A stretch of 23,863 bases of DNA from Promethearchaeota archaeon (GCA_016930515.1 JAFGGO010000034.1:1-23863), one strand, 5' to 3'; positions 1-9,151 are shown, counted from the first letter of the stretch. Made by a program: numbers and translations. Notes: a model not told the origin generated them from the letters alone.

Positions 1-1
1 A

Positions 2-232
2 AAAATTGATTGTATAGGTGGGTTTAAATTAGAGGAGCCCGATTCAGGAATATCTTATAATCATATCTTTGATGATTTAATATCTAAAAACTCAACAATA
101 TTTCATATTGAGCTTTCTAAAGTCATTGAAGATAGTAAAATTGAACTAATAAAAAACAACTTCACTCAATTCATAGAAAAGCAGAGAATTGATCTTAAAT
201 TATTGGAGGAAGATATTAGTTATAATGAATGA
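2..232 (+). CDS. atpE: A/V-type ATP synthase subunit E, C-terminal part (5' truncated by window edge; not in ORF track)
   Basis: Frame 2 is open from base 2: KIDCIGGFKLEEPDSGISYNHIFDDLI...DISYNE*, ending in TGA at 230-232. The IGGF..i.y...d.l pattern fits the subunit E C-terminal domain, and the stop overlaps the ATG of subunit A. Confidence 0.75.
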   Translation, partial: KIDCIGGFKLEEPDSGISYNHIFDDLISKNSTIFHIELSKVIEDSKIELIKNNFTQFIEKQRIDLKLLEEDISYNE

Positions 233-3200
233 GCAGAAAAAACAAAAGCAACCAACAGGATATATTTCGGCAATCTATGGTTCTTTGATAGAGGTCAAAG
301 GAATTGAAAAAGATGTACAACTCCATAACATGATTGAAGTTGTCGAACATAAAATAATTGGGGAAGTAATTCAAATTTATTCAGATCATATTATTGCACA
401 GTGTTTTGAAAACACGAATCAATTAAGACTCAATAATAAAGTGATTGATTTAAGAGAACCAATATCCATGGAATTAGGTCCAGGCTTGTTATCAAATATT
501 TTCGATGGAATTCAAAGACCTTTAGAAAAGATTTACTCAAATTTAGACAAGAGTGGTTTTTTAGAACGAGGAACAAAAATACCCTCATTATCAAGAACTA
601 AAAAATGGCGTTTTGTTCCTACTAAATCAAAAAACGATAAAGTTAACGAAGGAGATATTATTGGCATTGTTCAAGAAACCACATTAATTCAACATAAAAT
701 AATGGTTCCTCCAGGAGTTTCAGGGACGCTTTCTTTCATAATAGAAGAAGGTGATTATACTGTTATTGATGATATTTACACGATTAAAAATTCAAAACAA
801 GAACTAACTTTTGGAATGCTTCAAAAATGGCCTATATACAAAAATAGACCTTTTAAAGAGTCTAAAAAATCAAAAGAACCTTTAATTACGGGTCTAAGAG
901 TAATAGACCTTTTATTTCCACTAGCAAAAGGAGGCACAGTGGCTGTTCCAGGAGGGTTTGGAACTGGTAAATGTGTATCTCCTGATACACCCATATTATT
1001 ATCAAATGGTTTAAGGAAAAACATTAAAGAGTTATTTGATAGCTACAAAAAAAAAAATGGAAAAATAGAATTTAAGACAAAAGAAGAATCTCTGATAAAA
1101 ATAGAGAGTAATTTAGAAGTTTTATCATTAAATTCAACAAGTTTTAAGAAAAAGAGTGCAACCCATATTTATAAGGGAAAAACTGACAAAATTATAACGA
1201 TTAAAACAAGGACAGGAAGATCATTAAAGCTGACGCCCATTCATAAATTACACATTTTTAACGGAATTGAAATTGTAAAAAAAACAGCAAATGAGATAGA
1301 AATAGGAGATTATATTATAGTTCCAAGAAAAATCACTATTCCAGGGGAAGATTTCTTTTTTAATGCTTATGATATAGATGACTCTCTTCTTATCGTAGAA
1401 GACAAACCCTTAAAAGAAGTGAAAAAAATTATAATTACTCTCCAAGAAAAATATGGGATTCAGGAGTTAGCTAAAGAGCTTAATGTGTCGGTTTCTGAAT
1501 TAAATAATTATAAAAATGGTTTAAAGGAACCTCCTCTGAAGTTTGTTAAAGACATAATAAATATTTCTAAATCACAAGAAATACCTATCAATCTTCTAAA
1601 AGCAGAGCATCAATCTGAACCTTTTTACCTTCCTAAAAAATTAACTAAAGAAATGGCGGAATGGTTAGGATTATTTATAGCTGATGGTCATATTAAAGGA
1701 AAATATGATGGTATATATTTTTATAATACATCAAATCAAATTTTAACCCGATTTAAAGAGCTAACACAAAAAGTCTTTGGTTTTAATACAAAATTCGGTC
1801 AAGATTCTGAAGATAGAACACCTTTTATGTTCTTAAGAAATACTGCATTCAAAAAATTTCTTTATTGGTTAGGTATTCCGAAAAAAAACAAAACACATGA
1901 AGTTAAAATTCCAGATTGTATTTTAAAATCATCAGAGAAAATCCTTATACATTTTTTAAATGGTTATTTTGCTGGTGATGGGTGGTTTTCCAAATATACA
2001 GTTGGTTTTTCTACTGCGAGTAAAAAATTACACTCAGATCTAACATATCTTCTTTCAAGACTTGGTATTCTTTATAGAGTATCTGAAAAGAAAAATTCCT
2101 TCTATATTGAACTTGAAGGTAAACTATCTGAAAATCTTGGAAATTTACTTAAAAAATCAAATGTCTATGTTTATGAGAAATTAATTCCCTTATTCAATTA
2201 TTGCGATCAAAATATTAAACATTTTGACGGACTTGAGGATATCCCCTTAGATATTAGTATTTTAAAGAATTTGAAAACTCAAGGAAAAGATCATCTTGGA
2301 CATGATATATTTAAAAAACATTTAGGGATAAGAATTGATAATTATATTAACCAGAAGCAAAAACCTTCATTAACAACACTTAGAAAAATTTATGATCTTA
2401 TTGAGGAATTTGGACAAAATAATGATATAAATCTAAGAAAACACTTACATCACATTATTTCACTTAATGAAAATCTTTTTTTTGATCAGGTGAGAGAAAA
2501 AGAAGAACAAACAAAAAAAACCAATGTTTACGATCTTACTATAGAAGATTATCATAATTTCATTGGAGGAGAACAACCCATAGTCCTACATAATACGGTT
2601 ATTCAACAGAGCTTAGCTAAATGGAGCGATGCTGACATCATAATATACTGTGGGGTCGGAGAACGAGGAAACGAAATTGCTGATGTACTTCATCAATTTA
2701 GAAAAATAATTGATCCAAAAAGTGGTCGACCTCTTTTAGAAAGAATTGTAATAATTGCAAACACATCAAATATGCCCGTTTCGGCGAGGGAAGCGAGCAT
2801 GTTCTCTGGTGTTACTATTGGAGAATATTACAGAGATATGGGATATAATGTCGCCGTTCTTGCTGATAGTACCTCACGATGGGCCGAAGCGTTAAGAGAA
2901 ATTTCAGGATTACTAGAAGAAATGCCCGCTGAGGAGGGATATCCCGCCTATTTACCATCAAAACTCTCGAGTTTTTACGAAAGAGCTGGTATCGTATTAA
3001 CCCTCGGAGATAGCGATGATGGAACTCATAATCGAATCGGATCTGTGTCAATTATTGGATCGGTTTCTCCTCCATCTGGAGATTTTAGCGAACCAGTTAC
3101 AGCAACAACCAAGCGTTTTGTTCAGGCGTTTTGGGCATTAGATGCATCGCTCGCTTATTCAAAGCATTATCCGGCGATAAACTGGCTAAATTCATATTCA

Positions 3201-3704
3201 AATTATCCCGATTATATTTTTGAATGGTGGAAGGAAAGGGATGTTTATTGGGAAGAATTAAAAGATATAACATGGAATAATTGTCGAATTCAGGTAAATC
3301 AGCTTTTATCAAAAGAGAGCGAATTAAAAAACATAACACAACTTATAGGCAAAGAAAATTTACCAGAAGATCAACAATTAATTATATTTATCGCAGAATT
3401 AATTAGAAATAGCTTTTTGATTCAAAGTGCTTTTGATAATATCGATTGTTTTACTCAAGTCGAGAAATTGATTTGTCACATCAAATTAATTTTGCTTCTC
3501 TATAAAGAAAGTATAGAACTTCTAAATAAAGGATTTATAATTGAAGATATTACGAAACTTAATGTTATAAACGATATATTAAGAATAAGTCAATCGATCG
3601 CTAACGACCAATATGAGAAAATAATCGATATCAAAAATAAACTATTAAAAGAAATTAATCAAATGAAATCAATGTTTGGGGGAAGCCGTGAGCGTCTTTT
3701 ATAA
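225..3704 (+). CDS. atpA: A/V-type ATP synthase catalytic subunit A, intein-containing precursor
   Basis: Motifs ELGPGLL..IFDGIQRPL, Walker A PGGFGTGK/T (split by the intein), GVGERGNE, ANTSNMPVSAREAS, ADSTSRWAEALREISG, EEGYPAYL, VSPPSGDFSEPVT. ATG at 225 preferred over TTG at 189 because it overlaps the atpE stop. Confidence 0.97.
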   Translation: MNEQKKQKQPTGYISAIYGSLIEVKGIEKDVQLHNMIEVVEHKIIGEVIQIYSDHIIAQCFENTNQLRLNNKVIDLREPISMELGPGLLSNIFDGIQRPLEKIYSNLDKSGFLERGTKIPSLSRTKKWRFVPTKSKNDKVNEGDIIGIVQETTLIQHKIMVPPGVSGTLSFIIEEGDYTVIDDIYTIKNSKQELTFGMLQKWPIYKNRPFKESKKSKEPLITGLRVIDLLFPLAKGGTVAVPGGFGTGKCVSPDTPILLSNGLRKNIKELFDSYKKKNGKIEFKTKEESLIKIESNLEVLSLNSTSFKKKSATHIYKGKTDKIITIKTRTGRSLKLTPIHKLHIFNGIEIVKKTANEIEIGDYIIVPRKITIPGEDFFFNAYDIDDSLLIVEDKPLKEVKKIIITLQEKYGIQELAKELNVSVSELNNYKNGLKEPPLKFVKDIINISKSQEIPINLLKAEHQSEPFYLPKKLTKEMAEWLGLFIADGHIKGKYDGIYFYNTSNQILTRFKELTQKVFGFNTKFGQDSEDRTPFMFLRNTAFKKFLYWLGIPKKNKTHEVKIPDCILKSSEKILIHFLNGYFAGDGWFSKYTVGFSTASKKLHSDLTYLLSRLGILYRVSEKKNSFYIELEGKLSENLGNLLKKSNVYVYEKLIPLFNYCDQNIKHFDGLEDIPLDISILKNLKTQGKDHLGHDIFKKHLGIRIDNYINQKQKPSLTTLRKIYDLIEEFGQNNDINLRKHLHHIISLNENLFFDQVREKEEQTKKTNVYDLTIEDYHNFIGGEQPIVLHNTVIQQSLAKWSDADIIIYCGVGERGNEIADVLHQFRKIIDPKSGRPLLERIVIIANTSNMPVSAREASMFSGVTIGEYYRDMGYNVAVLADSTSRWAEALREISGLLEEMPAEEGYPAYLPSKLSSFYERAGIVLTLGDSDDGTHNRIGSVSIIGSVSPPSGDFSEPVTATTKRFVQAFWALDASLAYSKHYPAINWLNSYSNYPDYIFEWWKERDVYWEELKDITWNNCRIQVNQLLSKESELKNITQLIGKENLPEDQQLIIFIAELIRNSFLIQSAFDNIDCFTQVEKLICHIKLILLLYKESIELLNKGFIIEDITKLNVINDILRISQSIANDQYEKIIDIKNKLLKEINQMKSMFGGSRERLL
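972..2594 (+). mobile_element. Intein with LAGLIDADG homing endonuclease at the VMA-b (P-loop) site of subunit A, 541 aa
   Basis: N-junction GTGK|CVSPDT (Cys1 at 972); block B LKLTPIHKL; LAGLIDADG motifs AEWLGLFIADG (1656-1688) and FLNGYFAGDG (1953-1982); blocks F/G VYDLTIEDYHNF...IVLHN|T with +1 Thr at 2595. Excision restores GFGTGKTVIQQ. Confidence 0.96.
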
Positions 3705-5085
3705 TAAAATTGACCAAATCATAGGTCCATTAATTTTTCTAAAAAATCATCACGATATATATTATGGTGAGCGTGTCGTGATTCAAACGAATAATGGTGA
3801 AATACGAAATGGACAGGTGATACGAATTAATCAGGATCTCGTTGTTATTGAAGTATTTGAAGATACATCGGGATTATCGTCTCAGAACTCTAAAGTAGTT
3901 TTTACGAAGGACATGTTTAAAATTGAAATCTCAAAGGACATGTTTGGAAAAACTTTTAATTCCTTTGGAAAACCGATGAATGTGAAAACGAAAGAAGTAT
4001 TAAATATGGATGTTATAACAGAGGTTGAGAGAGACATAAATGGTTCACCAATAAATCCCTTTGCTCGGGAATATCCATCTGATGTTATTCAAACGGGAAT
4101 TTCTGTAATAGACGGCTTGTTCACATTGATTAGAGGTCAAAAACTACCAATATTTAGCGGTCAAGGAATGCCCCATAACAAGTTAGCAGCCCAGATTGTA
4201 ACTCAATCAAAAGTACTCACGGAAGAGCCGTTTTTGATCATTTTTTGCGGAATTGGTATCATCAAAGACGAGTTCAGTTATTTTCTAGAACAATTTGAAA
4301 AAAGCGGTAATCGGGAAAACATCATTTCATTCATAAATTTTGCCGACGATAGCATCATGGAAAGGTTGATTGTCCCAAGGGTTGCTTTAACAACTGCAGA
4401 GTATTTTGCTTTTGAGAAGAACATGCATGTCTTGGTTATTTTAACCGACATGACAAATTACGCGGAAGCATTGAGAGAATTAAGCTCTGCCAAGGAAGAG
4501 ATTCCGAGTAGGAAAGGATATCCAGGATATCTCTATTCAGATTTTGCATCGCTTTTTGAAAGAACTGGAAAAATTAAAGGAAAACAGGGTACTATAACCC
4601 AGATCCCCATCCTCACGATGCCTAATGACGATATCTCTCACCCAATAGCCGATACTGCAGGATATATTACCGAAGGACAACTCGTTCTCGATAGGAACTT
4701 ATTTAAAAAAGGAATTTACCCTCCATTTGAAGTTTTAGCATCTATATCACGATTAATGAAAGATGCTATTGGGAAAAAAACAACTCGCGAAGATCACGCA
4801 GATGTGAGTTCTCAATTACTCGCCTCCTATTCAAGTGCTTTGGAGGTCAAGGATTTAATATCCATCGTTGGAGAAGATGGATTGAATCAAGAACAAAAAG
4901 CTTTAGTCAGGTTTGGGACCCTATTCGAAGAAGAGTTTTTAAATCAAGGAGAAAAAGAAAATCGCGATATTCAGACAACTTTAAATTACGCTTGGAAGAT
5001 ACTATCAGTTCTACCAGACACCCAACTCTTTAGAATTCATCAAAGATTCATAAACAAGTATTACAGAGAGGATATCCTTAAATGA
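3688..5085 (+). CDS. atpB: A/V-type ATP synthase subunit B
   Basis: Motifs QTGISVIDG..TLIRGQKLPIFSG.G.PHN.LAAQI, TDMTNYAEALRE, GYPGYLYSD, TMPNDDISHPI.D..GYITEGQ, SRLM. GTG at 3688 follows a GGGGGA Shine-Dalgarno-like tract; the track start is TTG at 3676. Confidence 0.96.
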   Translation: MSVFYNKIDQIIGPLIFLKNHHDIYYGERVVIQTNNGEIRNGQVIRINQDLVVIEVFEDTSGLSSQNSKVVFTKDMFKIEISKDMFGKTFNSFGKPMNVKTKEVLNMDVITEVERDINGSPINPFAREYPSDVIQTGISVIDGLFTLIRGQKLPIFSGQGMPHNKLAAQIVTQSKVLTEEPFLIIFCGIGIIKDEFSYFLEQFEKSGNRENIISFINFADDSIMERLIVPRVALTTAEYFAFEKNMHVLVILTDMTNYAEALRELSSAKEEIPSRKGYPGYLYSDFASLFERTGKIKGKQGTITQIPILTMPNDDISHPIADTAGYITEGQLVLDRNLFKKGIYPPFEVLASISRLMKDAIGKKTTREDHADVSSQLLASYSSALEVKDLISIVGEDGLNQEQKALVRFGTLFEEEFLNQGEKENRDIQTTLNYAWKILSVLPDTQLFRIHQRFINKYYREDILK

Positions 5086-5738
5086 GCTTTCGCGAGACAA
5101 AACCAACAAAAACTAACTTAATAAATCTCAAGAAAAAATTACAATTTGCCCTACGAGGTAAGAATTTCTTGGAATTTAAACGAGAGTTGTTAATATTACA
5201 AATTAAAAATAATTTTGAGAATTATAAAAACCTTAGAAAAGAATTTTTTTCCTTATTCAGAGAAACGATGTTAAAATTAAATCAAACCTATAAGGAAATG
5301 GGAAAAAATAATTTGAGTTTAATTAGCCAAATTAGCACGATACAATACAAACCTCGCGTGAGCATAGGTATAATAAAAGAATTTGGTATTTCTCTCTCAA
5401 AAATTAATTACGAATTGATAAAGGAAGAAAAGCTACCCGCTTACTCCTTTGATACGACTAGCCAATATTTAGATGAATTAATAGAACTCCTAAAAAAGTT
5501 TTTTGAGTTAATAATTTTTCTTGCTGAAAAAGAAGATTTGATGCTTAATTTTGCATTTGATTTTAAAAAAATTGATAGGAGAATAAATGGATTAGAAAAC
5601 ATTATCATACCAGAATTACAAACTGATGTAAAAAAGATAAAAAAAATATTAGAAGAGCTGGAAAGAGAAAGTTTCGTGCGGCTAAAAAAAACTAAATATT
5701 TAATTAACAAAAAAAAAATAAAAATAGGAGTTGATTGA
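5082..5738 (+). CDS. atpD: A/V-type ATP synthase subunit D (central stalk)
   Basis: N-terminal KPTKTNLINLKKKL..A.RG...L..KRE.L and C-terminal RRINGLENIIIP....I...LEELERESFVRLK. ATGA overlap with the atpB stop. Confidence 0.95.
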   Translation: MSFRETKPTKTNLINLKKKLQFALRGKNFLEFKRELLILQIKNNFENYKNLRKEFFSLFRETMLKLNQTYKEMGKNNLSLISQISTIQYKPRVSIGIIKEFGISLSKINYELIKEEKLPAYSFDTTSQYLDELIELLKKFFELIIFLAEKEDLMLNFAFDFKKIDRRINGLENIIIPELQTDVKKIKKILEELERESFVRLKKTKYLINKKKIKIGVD

Positions 5739-5741
5739 GTA

Positions 5742-7994
5742 ATGAAACACGCAAATCAAATGTGCCTGTTTAACATTACAATTGATAACAGTTACAAGGA
5801 AAACTTGTTAAATTATCTTTCGGATATTCACATGGTACATGTTAAAACTTCGAAAAAAACTCGTGTGGAGGAAAAACTTCAAGAAAAAAATTTATTGGTC
5901 GAAAGGACCAGAAGACTAAGAGATAATTTGGATTCTTTTTTTAATAATATAGATATCTCTGAATCTTCCTTTGAAGGGTTAAAACCAGAATCTTACGGGA
6001 AATTGAAATTTATTGTCAGCGATCTTAACGAATTGGTAAATCAAATCGCCGACGAGCTTGATTTTTATACGAATCGATATAGCGAATTAGAGCGATATAT
6101 TGCTAGAGCAAAAATTGAACTTGAAAATTTAACCTTAATTAAGAATAGTTATGTATTCTTAGAGAGATTTAATTTAAAAAGAGAAAGCACACAAGTATTC
6201 AAGCAACTCGATTTTAAAATATTTACTACCTTTAAAAAAAATATTGAGAACCTGAGAACGCTTTTAAGTTTTTCCGAATTTCCAAATGTATATCAAACAT
6301 CTGAGATTTCTTTAGATAGCATTGTATTTTACGTGATATATCCTAAAAAGTTGGAAGAAGAATTAAAAAAGCGTATAAACATTATTTTAGCAGAAGAAAT
6401 TCCCATACTCAAGAAATATCTTTATTCTAACGGCATTAATTTCACGCGTATTGTAAAAGAAATCGAAGTCATTGAAAACACGCTCGAAAAATACAAAAAA
6501 GAGAGAATGAGAATTAGAGATGATAATATTAAAAAATTTGCTGCTTTTAATGAAATTGTCGGAAACATTGAGAAATATATCTGGGCCGATAATCAATTCG
6601 AAGAAATGTCCACCCAACATTCTTTGTTCAAGTTTTACGCACCCTTAAGTATTAAACAAAAACTTTTAGAAGGACTTAAAGTAACATTCAAGGAAAACAT
6701 TGCAATCGATCCAGTCAAGATCATTAGACAAATTATAAGACCCGATAAAAATCAACAGAGTGTTAAATCGACGAATAAAGATAAGTTTGAAAAAAGTAGG
6801 AGCGAAGGGGAAGAAGCAGGAGAACAAAACGATGCGAATGAAAATAATGTTGGTAATGATGTTGACGAACCTCCAACGCTAATGAAAAAGCATTTTTTCC
6901 TTATCAGACCTTTTGAATCTTTAGTGAAAATGTACGGAACTCCATCTTATTCTGAGATCGATCCAACACCATTTTTAGCCATAACATTTCCTATTTTATT
7001 TGGTTTGATATTCGGAGATATTGGGCACGGGATCGTACTCGTAATTTCAGGTCTTCTTGGAGCATTAATCTTTAGAAACAAGGGGACTGATTTCCGAAAT
7101 TTTTGTTGGATAATATTTTACTGTGGATGGGGAGCAATAGGAGGAGGATTCCTGTACGGTGAGGCATTTGGAACGGAATCATTCTTAAATTGGCGTCTAA
7201 TACCCCTTTTGGAGAATCCTTTAGATAATTTAATCTATGTTTTTAAATTCGTTATTGTTATTGGTGTTATTCACATTAACCTTGGTTGGACAATTCAGGC
7301 CATAAATTATTGGAGACAAAAGAAAAAATACTTGGCTTTCTCGGATTCACTCATCAAAATTTCATTACTAACTGGTGGAGCAATTTTACTGTTCATATGG
7401 AGTTTTGATATTGCTAGTTGGTTCCAATATCCCTATCCAATATTACTTCCCTTGGTACCAGGAATATTGCTCATACTCTTAAAACCAATGGGGAAAATTT
7501 TTAGAATTTCTTACTTGAAAAAGGAATCGTACGGGAGCTTAATGGGTGAGGGAACAATGGAAGCTTTTGAAACGGTTTTATCTGTTCTAAGTAATGCAGC
7601 TTCTTATATTAGGTTGTTAGCGTTAGCACTTGCACATATTGCATTGATGATTGTATTTGAGGCCCTGGTTGGGCTTATTTCAGGGGAGGGCCCCTTGATC
7701 GAGGTCTTTAGAACAATAGGATTGGTATTTGGCAATGCCGTTGTAATCGTGTTAGAGGGGCTTCTAGCTTTCATTAACAATATTAGGCTCCACTTCTATG
7801 AGTTCTTTTTTAAATTTTACTCTGGGTCTGGTACGGAATTTGTTCCTTTCTATTTGGAGCACAAATTTTCTGATATAAATTTTAAGATTGAAAAAGATAT
7901 AATATCAGAAGAAATTGAAAAAGAAATGGTCTCAAAAACTGACGAAACTCGCGTTTCTGAGGCAATTAAATATATCAATAAGAAATTTTTTTAA
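5742..7994 (+). CDS. atpI: A/V-type ATP synthase subunit I (subunit a)
   Basis: Soluble N-terminal half, then PPTL...PFESLV.MYGTPSYSEIDPTP, FG.IFGDIGHG, SN.ASY.RL.AL.LAH (essential Arg present) and RLHFYEFF.KFY.G.G..F.PF. Confidence 0.95.
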   Translation: MKHANQMCLFNITIDNSYKENLLNYLSDIHMVHVKTSKKTRVEEKLQEKNLLVERTRRLRDNLDSFFNNIDISESSFEGLKPESYGKLKFIVSDLNELVNQIADELDFYTNRYSELERYIARAKIELENLTLIKNSYVFLERFNLKRESTQVFKQLDFKIFTTFKKNIENLRTLLSFSEFPNVYQTSEISLDSIVFYVIYPKKLEEELKKRINIILAEEIPILKKYLYSNGINFTRIVKEIEVIENTLEKYKKERMRIRDDNIKKFAAFNEIVGNIEKYIWADNQFEEMSTQHSLFKFYAPLSIKQKLLEGLKVTFKENIAIDPVKIIRQIIRPDKNQQSVKSTNKDKFEKSRSEGEEAGEQNDANENNVGNDVDEPPTLMKKHFFLIRPFESLVKMYGTPSYSEIDPTPFLAITFPILFGLIFGDIGHGIVLVISGLLGALIFRNKGTDFRNFCWIIFYCGWGAIGGGFLYGEAFGTESFLNWRLIPLLENPLDNLIYVFKFVIVIGVIHINLGWTIQAINYWRQKKKYLAFSDSLIKISLLTGGAILLFIWSFDIASWFQYPYPILLPLVPGILLILLKPMGKIFRISYLKKESYGSLMGEGTMEAFETVLSVLSNAASYIRLLALALAHIALMIVFEALVGLISGEGPLIEVFRTIGLVFGNAVVIVLEGLLAFINNIRLHFYEFFFKFYSGSGTEFVPFYLEHKFSDINFKIEKDIISEEIEKEMVSKTDETRVSEAIKYINKKFF

Positions 7995-8032
7995 ATAAAA
8001 CTTGCTATTAATTCATTAAATGTGAGAAACTA

Positions 8033-8446
8033 ATGAACGAAAAGGACGGAGAAATTAAAAAAATCACTAAAAAAGAAGCTCCAAAAATAATCTTTTTCGT
8101 GTTTTATTTGATCTTTTTATTATACTTATTTTTTTTGTTAACTGATTTTAGAGTACCGTTATTTATAATCGTCCTATTGTTACTGTTTTTATTATTACTC
8201 GTAATTGGACCGCTTTTGAACGGCTTAAGAAAATCCTATTATTCACGACTCTTTCCGAAGAAAGGGAAGCAATCAAGTGAAGAATTTAAGAAGACTCCAA
8301 TAAGAAAAAAACCCCCCGACATTCGTTCTCAAGATATTGAATTTGAATATCGAAAACCGCTCCTCAGAACCTGCAGGTATTGCGGAATGACAGTTGCGAA
8401 TTTTGCCGATAAATGTCCGCAATGTGGAAAGCCCATTATGAAATAA
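8033..8446 (+). CDS. Hypothetical 2-TM membrane protein with C-terminal C4 zinc ribbon
   Basis: Two hydrophobic stretches (about aa 19-36 and 41-62), a basic linker and CRYCG-x8-CPQCG at the C-terminus. Confidence 0.8.
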   Translation: MNEKDGEIKKITKKEAPKIIFFVFYLIFLLYLFFLLTDFRVPLFIIVLLLLFLLLLVIGPLLNGLRKSYYSRLFPKKGKQSSEEFKKTPIRKKPPDIRSQDIEFEYRKPLLRTCRYCGMTVANFADKCPQCGKPIMK

Positions 8447-8449
8447 AAA

Positions 8450-9043
8450 TTACGGCTTAAACCATTCAAAAAAGTAATAACTACTTGTTAACGGATTGGC
8501 AATCACGAATTTTTTTCTTACCGAAGTAGCTAACCTCCCGGCTCTTACCATGTCTATTGCTGAAATTTTTGAGTCAGACGGAAGCACGTGAACTATGAAA
8601 GACGAGTGTTCCAATCCAGGACCTTTCTTATACACTACGAAATCAGCTCCAAACTTTAGTCCAGGACGAGGCACATAACCTTTTTCTCTTAGATCATTGT
8701 AAATGATATATTTTTCTTCGAATTTGTGATGAACGCTTTTTGCAATCTCAAAAAATTCTCTAGGTGTTAATAATTTGTTATTTTTTACATCTTCAATCGT
8801 AATTTTTTCCTTGAGAAGTAAATAATACGCTTCTATCAAGGACAATTCGGAGGGGCGATTAAAAAACTCTAGCCTTGGTTTATTAATTCCAATAGGAGAA
8901 CCAAAAAAATTAAATTTAACATAAAGATACGAAGCGTGAAGGGAATTGAAAACAATTACCCTTGAATTGATAAATTTCGCAGGGATTTTATCGGGAATGT
9001 CCTCTTCGTTAATAGCTCCCAAAACATTTTCATTACTCATCAC
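8450..9043 (-). CDS. endA: tRNA-intron (splicing) endonuclease, catalytic subunit
   Basis: LSLIEAYYL, Y.DLR.KGY..RPGLKFGADF.VY..GPG.EHS (catalytic Tyr and His) and R.GRLA.SVRKK (catalytic Lys). The start may be ATG at 9040. Confidence 0.95.
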   Translation of the reverse strand: MMSNENVLGAINEEDIPDKIPAKFINSRVIVFNSLHASYLYVKFNFFGSPIGINKPRLEFFNRPSELSLIEAYYLLLKEKITIEDVKNNKLLTPREFFEIAKSVHHKFEEKYIIYNDLREKGYVPRPGLKFGADFVVYKKGPGLEHSSFIVHVLPSDSKISAIDMVRAGRLATSVRKKFVIANPLTSSYYFFEWFKP

Positions 9044-9063
9044 GATTAGAGTATTTAAGATGA

Positions 9064-9077
9064 TTTATTAATTTTTC
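9064..9077 (-). promoter_or_regulatory. Putative BRE-TATA promoter of endA (leaderless spacing)
   Basis: Minus strand reads GAAAAA-TTAATAAA, ending about 24 nt before ATG 9040, within the divergent endA/MEMO intergenic region. The AT-rich background lowers specificity. Confidence 0.4.
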
Positions 9078-9151
9078 AAATTTATCAAATTGTTTAAATT
9101 ATAGCACTGCAATTCGTATAATATAATAAAATTAGAAGAGTGGTTTTTAAA

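Noticed and set aside
1047-1057. A11 homopolymer in the intein (and other A/T runs) as a slippage or phase-variation site
   Set aside because: Reading frames are intact and such runs are expected from Lys/Phe codons in AT-rich DNA.
821-6620. Short antisense ORFs within the ATPase genes (821-1024, 2815-3051, 3097-3339, 5441-5710, 6387-6620)
   Set aside because: They lie entirely opposite well-supported genes and have no recognisable motifs; shadow ORFs.
8033-8446. Possible ATPase proteolipid (subunit K/c) given its position after atpI
   Set aside because: No Gly/Ala-rich helices, no conserved intramembrane carboxylate, and it has a Zn ribbon.
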